The notes under the pieces were generated by a model. It ran no database searches, was not told the origin of the DNA, and worked only from the letters and a program-made list of their open reading frames with translations. A stretch of DNA of 64,000 bases from Eledone cirrhosa (taxonomy: Eukaryota). Positions within the stretch are counted from its first letter, which is position 1. Each line of letters starts with the position of its first letter. Positions 1 to 11,740 of this stretch are shown one piece after another. Position numbers and translations under genes: made by a program. The DNA lies in the NCBI GenBank assembly GCA_964016885.1, contig OZ024742.1, positions 316,448,001-316,512,000 of the forward strand. The letters are read 5' to 3'.

Positions 1-99
<99 letters not shown>

Positions 100-177
100 A
101 AATATATATATATAAACAGAACTTGAACCGTTAAGGTCTGATTCCTGGGTATGTCACTATTTATAAAACAAACTCTG

Positions 178-238
178 TATTTTATCTGATGAGAGCGTAC
201 CAAAGTTTTGGTACCCTTGAAATATATATAATAGAATA
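178..238 (+). ncRNA. Minimal type I hammerhead ribozyme
   Basis: Stem I TATTTTAT/ATAGAATA, CTGATGA (186-192), stem II GAGcGTACCAAA/TTTGGTACcCTT, GAAA, palindromic stem III TATATA, AUA cleavage triplet; overlapping AATAAA; in a short element between (TA)n runs. Confidence 0.85.
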
Positions 239-279
239 AATATGGTTTTATAAAGATAGTTTCCATTTATTAATATCAT

Positions 280-339
<60 letters not shown>

Positions 340-345
<6 letters not shown>

Positions 346-539
346 CAAACAAGGTGTGGTAAGATACCAGGTGGACCATAACGCACCAGAGTACTCGATA
401 CTTAGAGTGGGTAATATGAAAAGAGTCAGGACTCCGACGGCTGAGCTCCGGCCGTTTCGACATCTAGATTCGAACAGTTCGGATATAGCTATCAAAATGG
501 CCGGATATCAGCCGTCGAGGTCCTGACTCTTTTCATATA

Positions 540-540
<1 letters not shown>
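340..540. mobile_element. Short (TA)n-flanked element with inverted repeat (PLE pLTR-like remnant)
   Basis: 415-458 is the imperfect reverse complement of 495-538; related to 25743-25925 and 42460-42517. Confidence 0.6.
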
Positions 541-582
<42 letters not shown>

Positions 583-712
583 GTAATCTGAGTTTTTCGA
601 ATATTAATGATAACATTCGATTCGTTTGCAATTATGAAAATAAGCCTCATTTTTAAAGCCATGTCAGTAGAATGAACGCTTCATTCTTGCTCTTGTGTTG
701 GTATGTAAACAG

Positions 713-760
713 AACTGGAGACACTAATGTTTCTGGGTATCACCCTTCATCAGTACAGCT
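713..760 (-). ncRNA. Type I hammerhead ribozyme
   Basis: Minus strand: agctgta CTGATGA aGGGTgatACCCa GAAAC attagt GTC tccagtt. Confidence 0.85.
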
Positions 761-820
761 CACTATTCACCTGCCAATTGTCAGAGCTGGTGAAAATATA
801 TGCTATTTTCTAAAATATAC

Positions 821-920
821 ACTGACTGATCGGCCTGATTTACATATTAGCAGACTGGCTGATGAGTCAGATCTGCTTATTAGCGGATCCACTGATCAGG
901 CAGATTTGCATACCAGCAGA
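821..920. repeat. Three degenerate 33-bp tandem units inside the monomer
   Basis: actgactgatcggcctgatttacatattagcag / actggctgatgagtcagatctgcttattagcgg / atccactgatcaggcagatttgcataccagcag. Confidence 0.7.
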
Positions 921-1157
921 CTGAACAGTCAGTTTCCTGTATACGGGCGATAAATGGCCGGCTTTGCCACATTCAAATAAATAAATAAAAATTTCGCTCT
1001 ACATGGCTGAGTACAATAAATGTAATCTGAGTTTTTCGAATATTAATAATAACATTCGATTCGTTTGCAATTATGCAAACAAGCCTCATTTTTAAAGCCA
1101 TGTCAGTAGAATGAACCCTTCATTCTTGTTCTTGTGTTGGCATATAAACAGAACTGA

Positions 1158-1200
1158 CTGCAGACACTAATGTTCTGGGTATCACCCTTCATCAGTACAG
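1158..1200 (-). ncRNA. Type I hammerhead ribozyme, second tandem copy (one A of GAAA lost)
   Basis: Minus strand: ctgta CTGATGA aGGGTgatACCCa GAAC attagt GTC tgcag. Confidence 0.7.
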
Positions 1201-1303
1201 CTCACTGTTAGCGGATCCACTGATGAGCCAGATTTGCATATCAGTAGACTGGCCAGTCAGTTTCCTGTATTCGAGCCACATTCAAATAATAAAAAAAATG
1301 TTT

Positions 1304-1339
<36 letters not shown>

Positions 1340-1343
<4 letters not shown>

Positions 1344-2427
1344 CAATCTGGCAGCTTAAGGACACAACCCAGGAATATGGGATTAGCTACTCGAAATTAT
1401 CGGGAGCAAGGGCCTACAATAATGGAATGTGCCACTGCGGACTTTGCAATATGGAGCTGTTCCATATTTTAAAGTATGATAAAATGCTGCTTAACAACAA
1501 AATAGAACGATCAATTTTCTGTACACACAAAGCAGCTAACAAGTTCAACAACTTCAAACCAGTATGATTCGATCTAGCAATATCAGAATTCAAGCAGAAC
1601 CACCCAGATTTTAATGTACTGACTTCATATAACCCCACTGTTATTAGCTGTCAACTGACCAACTGGTCACTAAATCAATATAATAAATCTCCCAACCTTT
1701 CTTTCAATCTCTCTCCCTAAAGCCACATTATCCCCATTAAGATAAAACAATCAGCCTGCCGGACATTAACCACGCATATATCAACACTACTCCTCTTAAT
1801 TGTTATTCTCTATCTACCAATCTACTCATTCCCCGTCCTTAGCCCTACCCCTTATGTCTCATCCTCGTATCACCACCCCCACTCTCTGTCTCCTGTCTTG
1901 TATCTCTTCCACTCTCACTTAAATTTTATTTATTATTTTTAATCTTTTATCTGTTATTTGTTACTATTTGTTTTTACTGTAATCGTCTGAAATTTGAGAA
2001 CTACGTATGTATGTATTTAATGTTTCTTTTCATGTTAGTATTATCTCTACCCTCATCACGTCTTTACACATACACTTACTCACCACTGTAACTTTAATCA
2101 CCACCACCACCACTATTATCAGCAATCGTATTCTGTACTTATTATTTTTTAAACTTATTTTTTTATTTCTTTATCATCTTCATTCTAACTTCTTTATTAT
2201 TATCTTTTATTATTGATGTTATTGTTTTGATTCTCCGTTGTATCTATACATACCAATGCCATGTGTTAAACCCTCCAGTATTCCGATGATTTGATCAGAG
2301 ACAAATACTGTATTTAAGGTCGAGTGACGCAACTTCGAGTGATTAGCGGCCTTTAGACTCACATGTTCAATGAAACAATTGTTAATACTAGAAATAAAAC
2401 CCTTTTTGTATGTTATTCTTCAATCTT

Positions 2428-2431
<4 letters not shown>
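1340..2431 (+). mobile_element. 5'-truncated Penelope-like element (GIY-YIG C-terminus plus 3' UTR)
   Basis: ~1343-1567 translates TIWQLKD..ARAYNNGMCHCGLCNMELFHIL..LLNNKIERSIFCTHK*, same pattern as 4790-5210 and 45860-46090; (TA)n on both sides; HHR near the 3' end. Confidence 0.75.
2274..2392 (+). ncRNA. Hammerhead ribozyme, CCGATGA (U4C) variant with extended stem II
   Basis: tccagtatt CCGATGA tTTGA..~70 nt..TCAAt GAAAC aatt GTT aatactaga, followed by AATAAA. Confidence 0.7.
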
Positions 2432-2501
<70 letters not shown>

Positions 2502-2529
2502 TATATATATAATTATATATATATAATTT

Positions 2530-2998
2530 TTTTTCGCTCTACATGGCTGAATGCAATAAATGTAATCTGAGTTTTTCGAATATTAATAATAATATTCGAT
2601 TCGTTTGCAATTATGCAGACATTTTATATTTGAATTTGGCAAAGCCAGCCATTAATCGCTCGTATACAGGAAACTGACTGGCCAGCCTGCTGATATGCAA
2701 ATCTGGCTGACCAGTGGATCTGCTAATATGCAGATCTGACTGATCAGCCAATCCGCTAACATGCAAATCAGGCCAATCAGTCACTGTATATTTTAGAAAA
2801 TATCATATATTTCCACTACCTCTGACAGTTGTCAGGTGATCAGTTCACATGCCAACACAAGAGCAGGAATGAGGGGCTCATTCTAATGACATGGCTTTAA
2901 AATGAGGCTTGTTTGCATAATTAAAAACGAATTGAATATTATTATTAATATTCGAAAAACTCAGATTACATCTATCGTATTCATCCATGTAGAGCGAA
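2530..2998. mobile_element. Partial direct (2530-2620) plus inverted (2628-2998) copy of the 578-1292 monomer
   Basis: Sequence identity to the monomer and its reverse complement; the HHR segment is missing from the inverted copy. Confidence 0.75.
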
Positions 2999-3023
2999 AA
3001 TATAAAAAAAAAATATATATACT

Positions 3024-4025
3024 TATAAATTAATAAAAATAATGTATAAAAACAAAGAAACAGTTCCTTATATTAAAAAATTCATCATTTTACGATCGTT
3101 TCTAGGATATATATGCGTGTGTTGGTATGTATATTATATAGATCTATGTAAAATATTTACAAACTATCAGAGGGAATATACATACCTACACATATATATA
3201 TGCTATCTTCAGAAATAATGATATTTGTTTATTGAAAAAAACCAACAAAGATTTAATATAATAGGTCTGTTTGGGAACAGGTTTTGAATTGACCAATAGA
3301 AAGGTAGTAAGTGGTAAAGATGATAGAATAGTAGTAATTAAAATTTAATTTAGGGGTAGAGGAAAGCAGACTTCAGTTTTGAATGGAAAGAGTATTTTGA
3401 ATGAAAAGATTACTTTGGGGATGAAAATAGGTCAAGCCGGTGAAAAATACACGAACATTTGATGTTATAAAAGAATAATGCTAGTGTTAAAATCTAAGGA
3501 GAATAAAATTTTACGATAAATGTGTTCGTGAAAAATATCAATCTTATTTAAAACATAAGGAATTTACATCTATAAAAAGAAAATAAATTAATTTAATTGA
3601 TAGCTATATTTATATTGATAAATTTATATTAATTCATATAGATATGATAAATAAGAGTTAGATGTAATTGAAGAAAGTTGTTAAAAGCGAAGGGAAAAAA
3701 AATGTATAATAATAATAATGGGAGGGGGGGATAAATGTATTAGTGAGAAATAACAAATTTATATAGATTACAAGGAATATAGATTCATAACCTGAAATTA
3801 AAATAGTTTATATGTATACATATTGGTATAAATTTTAGGAAAATATAGCTGTAAAAGGGAAATAAAATTATGCAGTTCATTAGTAGTAGAATATTAATTA
3901 TAGGTTAACTAATTTAAAAAAAATTTATTATTGTAAAGTGTATATTAATTAGGTTTATAATATTTAAAAGTTCTTCTAATTTTATGATTACATGATATAA
4001 TTAATTCTTGTCGCTTATTTAATAT
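3024..4025 (-). mobile_element. PLE-like 3' UTR remnant
   Basis: Strong strand bias; minus-strand HHR near the 3' end; 3024-3219 inversely repeated at 4273-4464; TA-flanked. Confidence 0.55.
3084..3219 (-). ncRNA. Hammerhead ribozyme with ~100-nt stem II
   Basis: Minus strand: attattt CTGAAGA TAGcATATATAT...ATATATATcCTA GAAAC gatc GTA aaatgat. Confidence 0.8.
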
Positions 4026-4028
4026 ATA

Positions 4029-4087
<59 letters not shown>

Positions 4088-4202
4088 TTATATATATATA
4101 TATATATACTTATATATATATATATACTTATATATATATATATATATACTTATATATATATATACTTATATATATATATACTTATATATATATATATATA
4201 TA

Positions 4203-4260
<58 letters not shown>
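4025..4260. repeat. (TA)n microsatellite with periodic TACT interruptions
   Basis: Visible directly. Confidence 0.9.
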
Positions 4261-4263
<3 letters not shown>

Positions 4264-4272
4264 AGTAGATAA

Positions 4273-4406
4273 ATTATTTCTGAAGACAGCATATATATGT
4301 GTAGGTATGTATATTTCCTCTGATAGTTTGTAAAACTTTTACATAGATCTATATGATATACATACCAACACATACATATATATCCTAGAAACGATCGTAA
4401 AATGAT
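4273..4406 (+). ncRNA. Hammerhead ribozyme with ~100-nt stem II (inverted copy of 3084-3219)
   Basis: attattt CTGAAGA ... GAAAC gatc GTA aaatgat; palindromic stem III ACGATCGT. Confidence 0.8.
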
Positions 4407-4459
4407 GAATTTTTTAATATAAGGAACTGTTTCTTTGTTTTTATTCAGTGTTTTTATTA

Positions 4460-4549
<90 letters not shown>

Positions 4550-4556
4550 TTATATA

Positions 4557-6748
4557 GTTAGTAGTAATAAAAGAAAGATTAATACTTATTTTCAACAAAC
4601 TAAAACACAGCAGGGGGTAAACTTTCAAAAGAACATAATAACTACAAACCATAATAACAATAGTAATAATAGTAATAACACTAATGAAATCAATAACAGT
4701 AGGAACGTCAACATTCATAGCCCTAATGCAATTCCTAACAATCAGACTTCTACACAACATAATAACCGTCAAGATAACACCCAAAATAAATGTAACTATA
4801 GATCAAATAGAACCTGCCCTTTAGGTAAAAACTGCTTAATCAAGGACATGATTTACTCATGTTGTCAACACTAACAACACTTCTGAAACCTATATAGACT
4901 CTACTTCGAACTGCTTCAAGACGAGATACAACTCACATCTCCATTCTTTCAAAAAACACAATCTAGCCAACTCCACTTCACTATCTAGCTACATACACTA
5001 TCTGAAAACTAGGAATAGATCACGTACACTTCAATGGGAAGTGGTAGGTAGAGCTGCATCGTATAAACCACCTAATAAATTTTGTAAACTCTGTCTACTA
5101 GAGACCCATACTATAATCCTTTCGAATCTTAACCTCCTTAATAAAAAATCGGAAGTGTTTGCATCGTGCCAACACCAATTCCAACACTCTTTCCAAAACA
5201 TTAAACCTAGTATATAACAATGTCAGATTTGAACTCATCACCACTATTAGCACTTCACCTCAAGGTCATGCCTTCCACCGCTACACCGCACTCTCTGATA
5301 TACCCTCTCCTCTACACAAATCACTTTATCCATAACTTTATACCCTAGAAAGATCCTCACCACCTTTTAATATAATTACTCTAGATTGCTTCTAATTGTA
5401 TAGTAATTGAAATATAATACAATTTATATAAACCTTAAATATTAGATGCAACAATGAATTATATATACATTGGTAATTAAATGTATAGATTAATAACATT
5501 GTGTATATATAGCATTAATTTATTAACATAGGGGATTTGTCTAACTTATATGTAATATGGAACGATGAATTAGGTATGCATTTATAATCAAATGTATGGA
5601 TTAATAACATTGTATATAGGGGATATATTTGTTCACTCAAGGGATGTATCTAATTTATCATGTATCTAATTTATCACGCTGCTCCATAGCTTACCAAATG
5701 TTGGATAGACAAAAATCCAATTGGACCCTCAATATGTTTTGAGAGTAGACTGTATTTAAGGTTAATTTGATATAAAGATATAGCACTTTGTATGGGAAGT
5801 TCAATTATTGCACTATATAATAACGGGTAGACAACCTCCTATTGAAACCTTTAATACACTATGAGAGAGTAGACTGTATTTAAAATTAAATATAAATATA
5901 TAACATTTTATATAAGGGACTCAATTGAAGCACCATATAATGTCTATTAGATCAATGAATTTAATTATTAGAATAAACTAGATACCTCCCATTACGCATT
6001 AGCTCCCCTTAATTACATACCCACTTCCGGATATTAAACCGCTGTTAATTCTCACAACCGAAATACCCTAACCTATAAATATTGATTAATAACACTGAGT
6101 TGCAATACGTTACAACCCATTACTACAACAAACGTTCAATACAAATACATCGTAACTTCTGTGATGGATGTGAACACTGTAACTGCCTTGTTCTAGATAT
6201 GAAAATAGCGATGGATGTGAAAACTATAACTTCCTTTTTCTGCACAAATTTAAACTATACAGAAAATATCCTCACGCTGCAACCACCATAATTACACTTT
6301 CATACCCGCTTAAAGTGCTTGTATTTCATGTAATGCTTTGCCACACAGTACTCATATATACATGACACATTTGCTTGTTCCATCCCTCTATATATGAATA
6401 ACGCATATAATATCTATTTAATTTGATTATTAGACTATTCTCCTGTATTATCTGTGTTATATGTCGCATGTATTCCAACCTATGCTTTTAATCTTGTTTT
6501 TGAATTTTGATTTTAATCTTAATTTGAATTACTGTACAAATATAGTATAATGTAATATATGTAGCATCAACTCCACACTGTACATCAATATATATATGTA
6601 TCTGTATGTCCCTTACGTTGAGTAGGAAGCAAATTATATATGTACAAACATTAAAAATGCTCCGAAGACACCAAGCCTAGGCTTGGAAGAAACAATTGTC
6701 AGCGGATAAATGTTTTGAACATAGCTTTGATTTGTGAATTCAATATAC
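4557..6748 (+). mobile_element. 5'-truncated Penelope-like element with frameshifted GIY-YIG endonuclease
   Basis: ~4790-5230: KCNYRSNRTCPLGKNCLIKDMIY../ETYIDSTSNCFKTRYNSHLHSF..STSLSSYIHYLK..ASYKPPNKFCKLCLLE..LLNKKSEVFASCQH; ~1.5-kb 3' UTR with internal degenerate repeats; terminal HHR; TA-flanked. Confidence 0.85.
6659..6703 (+). ncRNA. Minimal hammerhead ribozyme, CCGAAGA (U4C) variant
   Basis: gct CCGAAGA ca CCAAGCC ta GGCTTGG aa GAAAC aatt GTC agc. Confidence 0.8.
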
Positions 6749-8090
6749 TTATATATATACTTATATGATTTGGAGAATCATCTAAGAAATGACATTTCTG
6801 TTACGTGTTGTCAAACCGAATGGGAAATATTTCTGTTTCTCTGCCAAGTATATCTCTTCAACTCACTATATACCCTTCCTTATCATTTTCCTTCTTATCT
6901 TCATAATTATCATCATCCACACAATACACATCCTCTTCAAAATTACTACGAGCATACAAATGTATAGAAGTTATATTATTTTAGGAGATGAGAAAATGAG
7001 GATTATATAAATCATCTCTCCTGCTAGGTACTAAGTAAATAGGAAATTGAAAATCTGGATTTTGCTTGTAGATTAATTATAGATAAGATTTAACAGCTGG
7101 GTCTGATGTATGAAAAATAAATTTAATTTATTATAGCCATTGATTGTAGCGTACAAATACAAATGCAAAATTGACATTAGAATAAACGCTTATGTTGTGT
7201 AATATTTCGAAGTAAAGCATTGGATCTCATCGTTTGTGAATGCATTGAATATAGAATATCTGAGGTCGACAAAAGACGAGCATCATTCACTGCTAACATC
7301 AACAGCAAAAATATTAGCTGCAGTGACAACATGCTGCAGTATATTACACTTATAAAATGTGCATGTGTTTATGAGAGAATATTTTCATTTACACACACAT
7401 AGGCACACAAACACATACACCTAAACACACACACAATCTCAATATCTCTCTCACTAACTCTCTATCTCTCACACAGAAACGTATAAATTGTAAAGGTTTA
7501 ATGAAAAAAACAACAACACTCATAATGCAGTACAATATTAAACTCTAAAATGTACATGCATATAACATACACTAGTCACAAACACATGACTGAAGATTTA
7601 TAAATCTAAGGATCAGATTTGAAAATTTCTACGATAACACCTAAACCTATAACATTATATCTGCCTACAACAATGGAGCAGCAATACAGGTTAATATCAA
7701 TTTATCCGAAAGGTTTAGACGCTGAAGGCTCAGAAACATTGATGATAAATTTAAGAATTATCATGTTTTAAACTAAATACAGGGAATAAAGTAGTATTGT
7801 TAATATAAAGCCTTGAGAGATATGTAGTAAATGATATCATAAGTATTTCTAAATACCGGTAAAATGCGATAGAAATATATAAAGGGCAAAATATGATAAA
7901 TAAATAAAATAAAGTAAAACAAAACAAAACAAAGTAGTGTTCAATCTAGATCCATGGATCAGGTAAGGATGAACACACCGTTCGTTCTTGTTTTGCATCG
8001 TTTTTGTATTGCATTTGTAAAGGAGATATATACACTGAAATATTATGTTGAAATGTACTGATTAAAAAACCTTCACTTGGCTTGATTTGT

Positions 8091-8137
8091 TTTGCTGATG
8101 ATTTCTTCCGAATGAAACAGTTCTAGTCCTGTACAAG
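8091..8137 (+). ncRNA. Type I hammerhead ribozyme
   Basis: tttg CTGATGA tTTCttccGAAt GAA ACAG ttctagtc CTGT A caag; relatives at 24037 and 36395. Confidence 0.65.
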
Positions 8138-8323
8138 TCATTTCTATTTTAAATATTTATACCCTGCTATATATATATTTATATTATATATATATATCTA
8201 GAGGCGGGTAAAATTCCCGAGATCCATGGACGAGTTCTCTCTAGCGGTCTCTGTCCCTCATTATCGATGCCATGTCCTGCGTCTCCAACAGACCAGTGTC
8301 TGTCCTTAGGGCATCAACATATG

Positions 8324-9700
8324 TTAACCTTGGTCTTCCTCTTCTAGTGTGTCCATGTAGGGGCTCCCATGTAGGAGCACTGAGTGCAATGTCAACTCTG
8401 GATGTCGGTGAGCATGTCCAGCTAACCTCAGTCTCATCTGTGTCACTTTTGAGCTGACTCTTGGGAGGCTCCCATACAGCTCTGAGTTTTTCATCCTCAG
8501 TGTATACTGTTTAATGTTCAGAGCCATCCTCAGCATTCTCGTGTAGCACGCATCCACCATCTGAGTGAGTTTCTTGGTCAGTGTCCAAGTCTCAGACCCG
8601 TACAGCAGCACAGACTCCACTACAGCAATGAAGAGGCGGACCTTCAGGTCTTCACGAAGGTCCGACTTCCACACCGATCTCAAGCTGTGGCACGCCGCCC
8701 AGGCTTTGCTCTTCCTATCAACCTTATCATCCTTCGTATTCCCAATCTTTGCTCCCAAATACAGGAAGTCCTCAACCAATTCTAGCGGCTTCCCGCCTAC
8801 ATTAGTGATCCCCTCTGGCCTCTCAACATTCTCTACCAGATATTTTGTTTTAGTCTCATTCATTCTCAGCCCCACACTCATCGTAACAGTCTCAACCTCC
8901 TGCATCAAATCCTCTGCCTCCTTCACTGTATTTATCACCAAAACTATGTCGTCGGCAAATTCAGCATCTGATATCTTAACTCTCCTGCTCTGAGCCGGTG
9001 CTACAGTAAAGTCAGAGTCCTGGTGTTTCTCCAGTGCAAGGCGCATACAATAGTCCACTACGATGATAAAAAGGTAGGGAGCCAATGTATCTCCTTGGAG
9101 CACTCCAGCCAGTATCTCAAAGAACTCTGTCATCCCATCAGGTGTAATGACTTGGGGTTTGGTGTTGGTGTAGAGCAGTGATATCAGGTCCACTATCTTC
9201 TTTAAGGATTCCATAAGCCTGTAAGATCTTCATCAGGCAGTGATGGTCCACAGAATCAAAGGCCTTCCTAAAGTCAATGAAAACTATGACCGCAGGAAGG
9301 CACTTTGCTGTAGTTCCTTCTAATATCCTCCTCAGCATCAGAATGTGACTGGTGGTTGATCGTCCCCCTCTGAAGCCGTTCTGGTTGTCCCTGAGCTTCT
9401 TCTCCATCTCAGGGTGGATCCTGTTAAGAATCATCCTGTTGAGGGACTTTGCCACAAGTGACGTCAGTTGTTGGTGTTAGAGAGATCTCCCTTCTTTGGC
9501 ACTGGGACGATGTTACTGATCCTCCACTGATTCCGGGCAACTCCTTTCTCCAGTGCCTGGTTACAGGACCCCAGGATGATATCATCAAAATCACACCTCT
9601 TCATCACCTCTGATGCCACTCCATCACTCTTCATCACATCTGATGCCACTCCATCTTCTCCATGAGCCTTGCCCTCCTTGATTTTCTTCTTGGCTCTCTG
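8324..9700 (-). pseudogene. Reverse transcriptase of RTE-type LINE, frameshifted
   Basis: ORFs 9464-9649, 9138-9455 and 8324-9214; includes a 30-bp tandem duplication at ~9597-9655. Confidence 0.9.
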
Positions 9701-10458
9701 AAGCTGCTCTCTGGTGAAGGGCTCTGTCTCAACATCCAGTTCCTCAAACAGCCGCCTGATCTCCCCAGTGCTCTGGAGGGTGGCTCTCCTAGTAGGGTCC
9801 TAAAATGGTCTAGCCATTTCCTCTTCCTATCCTCGGGCCCTGTTCCCTAGATCTGACTCGAACACCTTCTCTTCCTCCCTGTGATCTCGTTGATGACCAT
9901 CCAGCTCTCTTTACATCCAGATCTGTCAACCGTTATCTCCACACTTCTGATCTTCTCTATCAGTGCCTCCTCTCTGGCCACAGTGTAAGCGATACAGAGT
10001 TCTTCCCTCATCACCTCCACAGTCTCCATCCTCTCCTCCGTAGGATCAGCATAGAATTGGTCCTTGGCAGCTTTCAGGTGTTCTCTAGCTGCACACACTT
10101 TTGGGTTTGCAGAGCTGACGTGCTTCCTTTTGTTCTTTTTCCTCGGCACCAAGGTCTCACTTGCTTCCGCCACTGCATTGGTGAAGTGCCCGTACCTCCT
10201 CGTCACACTCTCCTCAGTCCCTCCAATCTCTCTCTCCTCTGTCTCTCCACACAGAGTACTGAACCTGTTCCTCACTTCCACTGTGAACCTCTCCTGTAGC
10301 TTATCATCATCCTTGAAAGCTCCCCAGTCATAGATTACTCTCCGGGGCTGAGCCTTGCTCATTCTTAAGCTCACGCGGACCTCACTCATAACAAGCTGGT
10401 GGTTACTACCCAGTGTACTGAAATAGTTGTATGGTTCTCTCTTCAGAACACTATTCCG

Positions 10459-11334
10459 CTACTTTTTCCTCACCAGAATGAAATCAATCTGGGACTTGGA
10501 CAGGTGCATATCTGAGATGTAGGTCCACATCTTCCCCGGATTCTTCCTAAACCTTAGGTTGGTCGCTATCAAGTTCGCCTCCAGCATGGTGTCTCTCAGT
10601 AGTCTTTCATTTCGGTTGGTGTTGTTATGGAAGTACCAGCAAGGATCTTCACTGCCCTCCTTACTCAGATGTGCATTGAAGTCCCCCAAAACAAGCAGGG
10701 TGTTGTGTGCTTGTGTGGTGTTGACAGCTCTACACACCTCCTCATGGAACTCTTCCGCGCTCACATCAATGTCTCCCTCGGTTGGACTATAGGCTGAGAT
10801 GACTGTCAGTCTTGGGTTTCCATTGAAGGTCAGCCTCAACACTCGCGGGGAGACAGGCATTATTTCCCTCACCAATAGACTGGTTTTTGTGCTGAAAACA
10901 AAACCCACCCCTCCCACTGCAGCATTGATCATGTTCCTCACTGCCGATGTGGTGATGAGCTGGCTCCTCTTCCCAATTATCACACTCCTCACGGGCTCAT
11001 CATGTAGGATCCTGTGTTCTTGGATCGCAAGTATCTGTATACCACTCTCCTCGAACAGATGTCCCAACTCCTCTCTCTTCTCAAGCGTCCGAATAGTCCT
11101 CACATTCAAAGTGCGCATTGTGATGGCTCTTCTGCAGGACAAAACTGCATTCTTTATATTTGTCTCAGAGACAGCTGATCCATCATCCACTGGCCCTCCC
11201 TGTGGCCCTAAGCCAGCAGAGTCATAACGACCAGACGGCTCCTTGACAGTGTGATTAGGGGCTCTAACCCTAGTGCTGTTAGATTGACACTCCATATTTC
11301 TTTTCAATGGCTGACAATACCTTACCGGCGCCAC
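10459..11334 (-). pseudogene. Apurinic-like endonuclease domain of RTE-type LINE
   Basis: ORF track; premature stop at 10459, continued by ORF 9847-10389. Confidence 0.9.
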
Positions 11335-11506
11335 TCGAATAAGGTAGTTATTTAACCCATAAATGGGGCCCTAACAGGTACTACTACTCCGGGCCAGAGC
11401 AGACCTGGGAGTTATGACAACTAAGGGGTAACTCCACATACCCCACAGCTCCTGAACTCCCGAACTGGAGCCTTGCCACTGGACTAAGTTTAATGTCATA
11501 CTCAGG

Positions 11507-11582
<76 letters not shown>

Positions 11583-11689
11583 ATAATAATAAATTTGAAG
11601 ACTAAAATCCAAAGAGGGCTCGATAAGGATAAATATATATCAAATATATAAGAACCGTAGAGCAAATATTTATTAAAATAACAGATTAA

Positions 11690-11740
11690 AGTTTAAGCAA
11701 AGAATCACTGCTTTCACCCTTAACGGAATCTTCTGAAACT
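11690..11740 (-). ncRNA. Hammerhead ribozyme, CAGAAGA (U4A) variant
   Basis: Reverse complement of the 12818-12868 motif with two substitutions. Confidence 0.65.

Larger units (their letters stand above)
578..1292 (-). mobile_element. Tandem ~440-bp non-coding HHR-bearing monomers (retrozyme-like or pLTR)
   Basis: ATGTAATCTGAGTTTTTCGAATATT at 581 and 1020; each unit has a minus-strand HHR; flanked by (TA)n/(AAT)n. Confidence 0.7.
8198..11510 (-). mobile_element. Near full-length RTE-clade LINE (APE + RT), disrupted
   Basis: APE motifs (TLNVRT, LAIQEHR, SAYSPT, LGDFNAH, QIDFIL) in 10459-11334; RT motifs (QNGFRGGRST, FIDFRKAFDSV, GVLQGDTLAPYLF, EFADDI, FLYLG) in 8324-9455; stops and frameshifts; (TA)n at both ends. 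Confidence 0.92.

Noticed and set aside
157-495. Many ORFs rich in YI, CV, TH, ER or SL dipeptides across the window
   Set aside because: Translations of (TA)n, (GT)n, (CA)n and (GA)n microsatellites
8565-11227. Plus-strand ORFs overlapping the RTE LINE, and similar ORFs opposite the Tx1, Dong and mariner elements
   Set aside because: Antisense shadows of transposon coding sequence with no independent motifs
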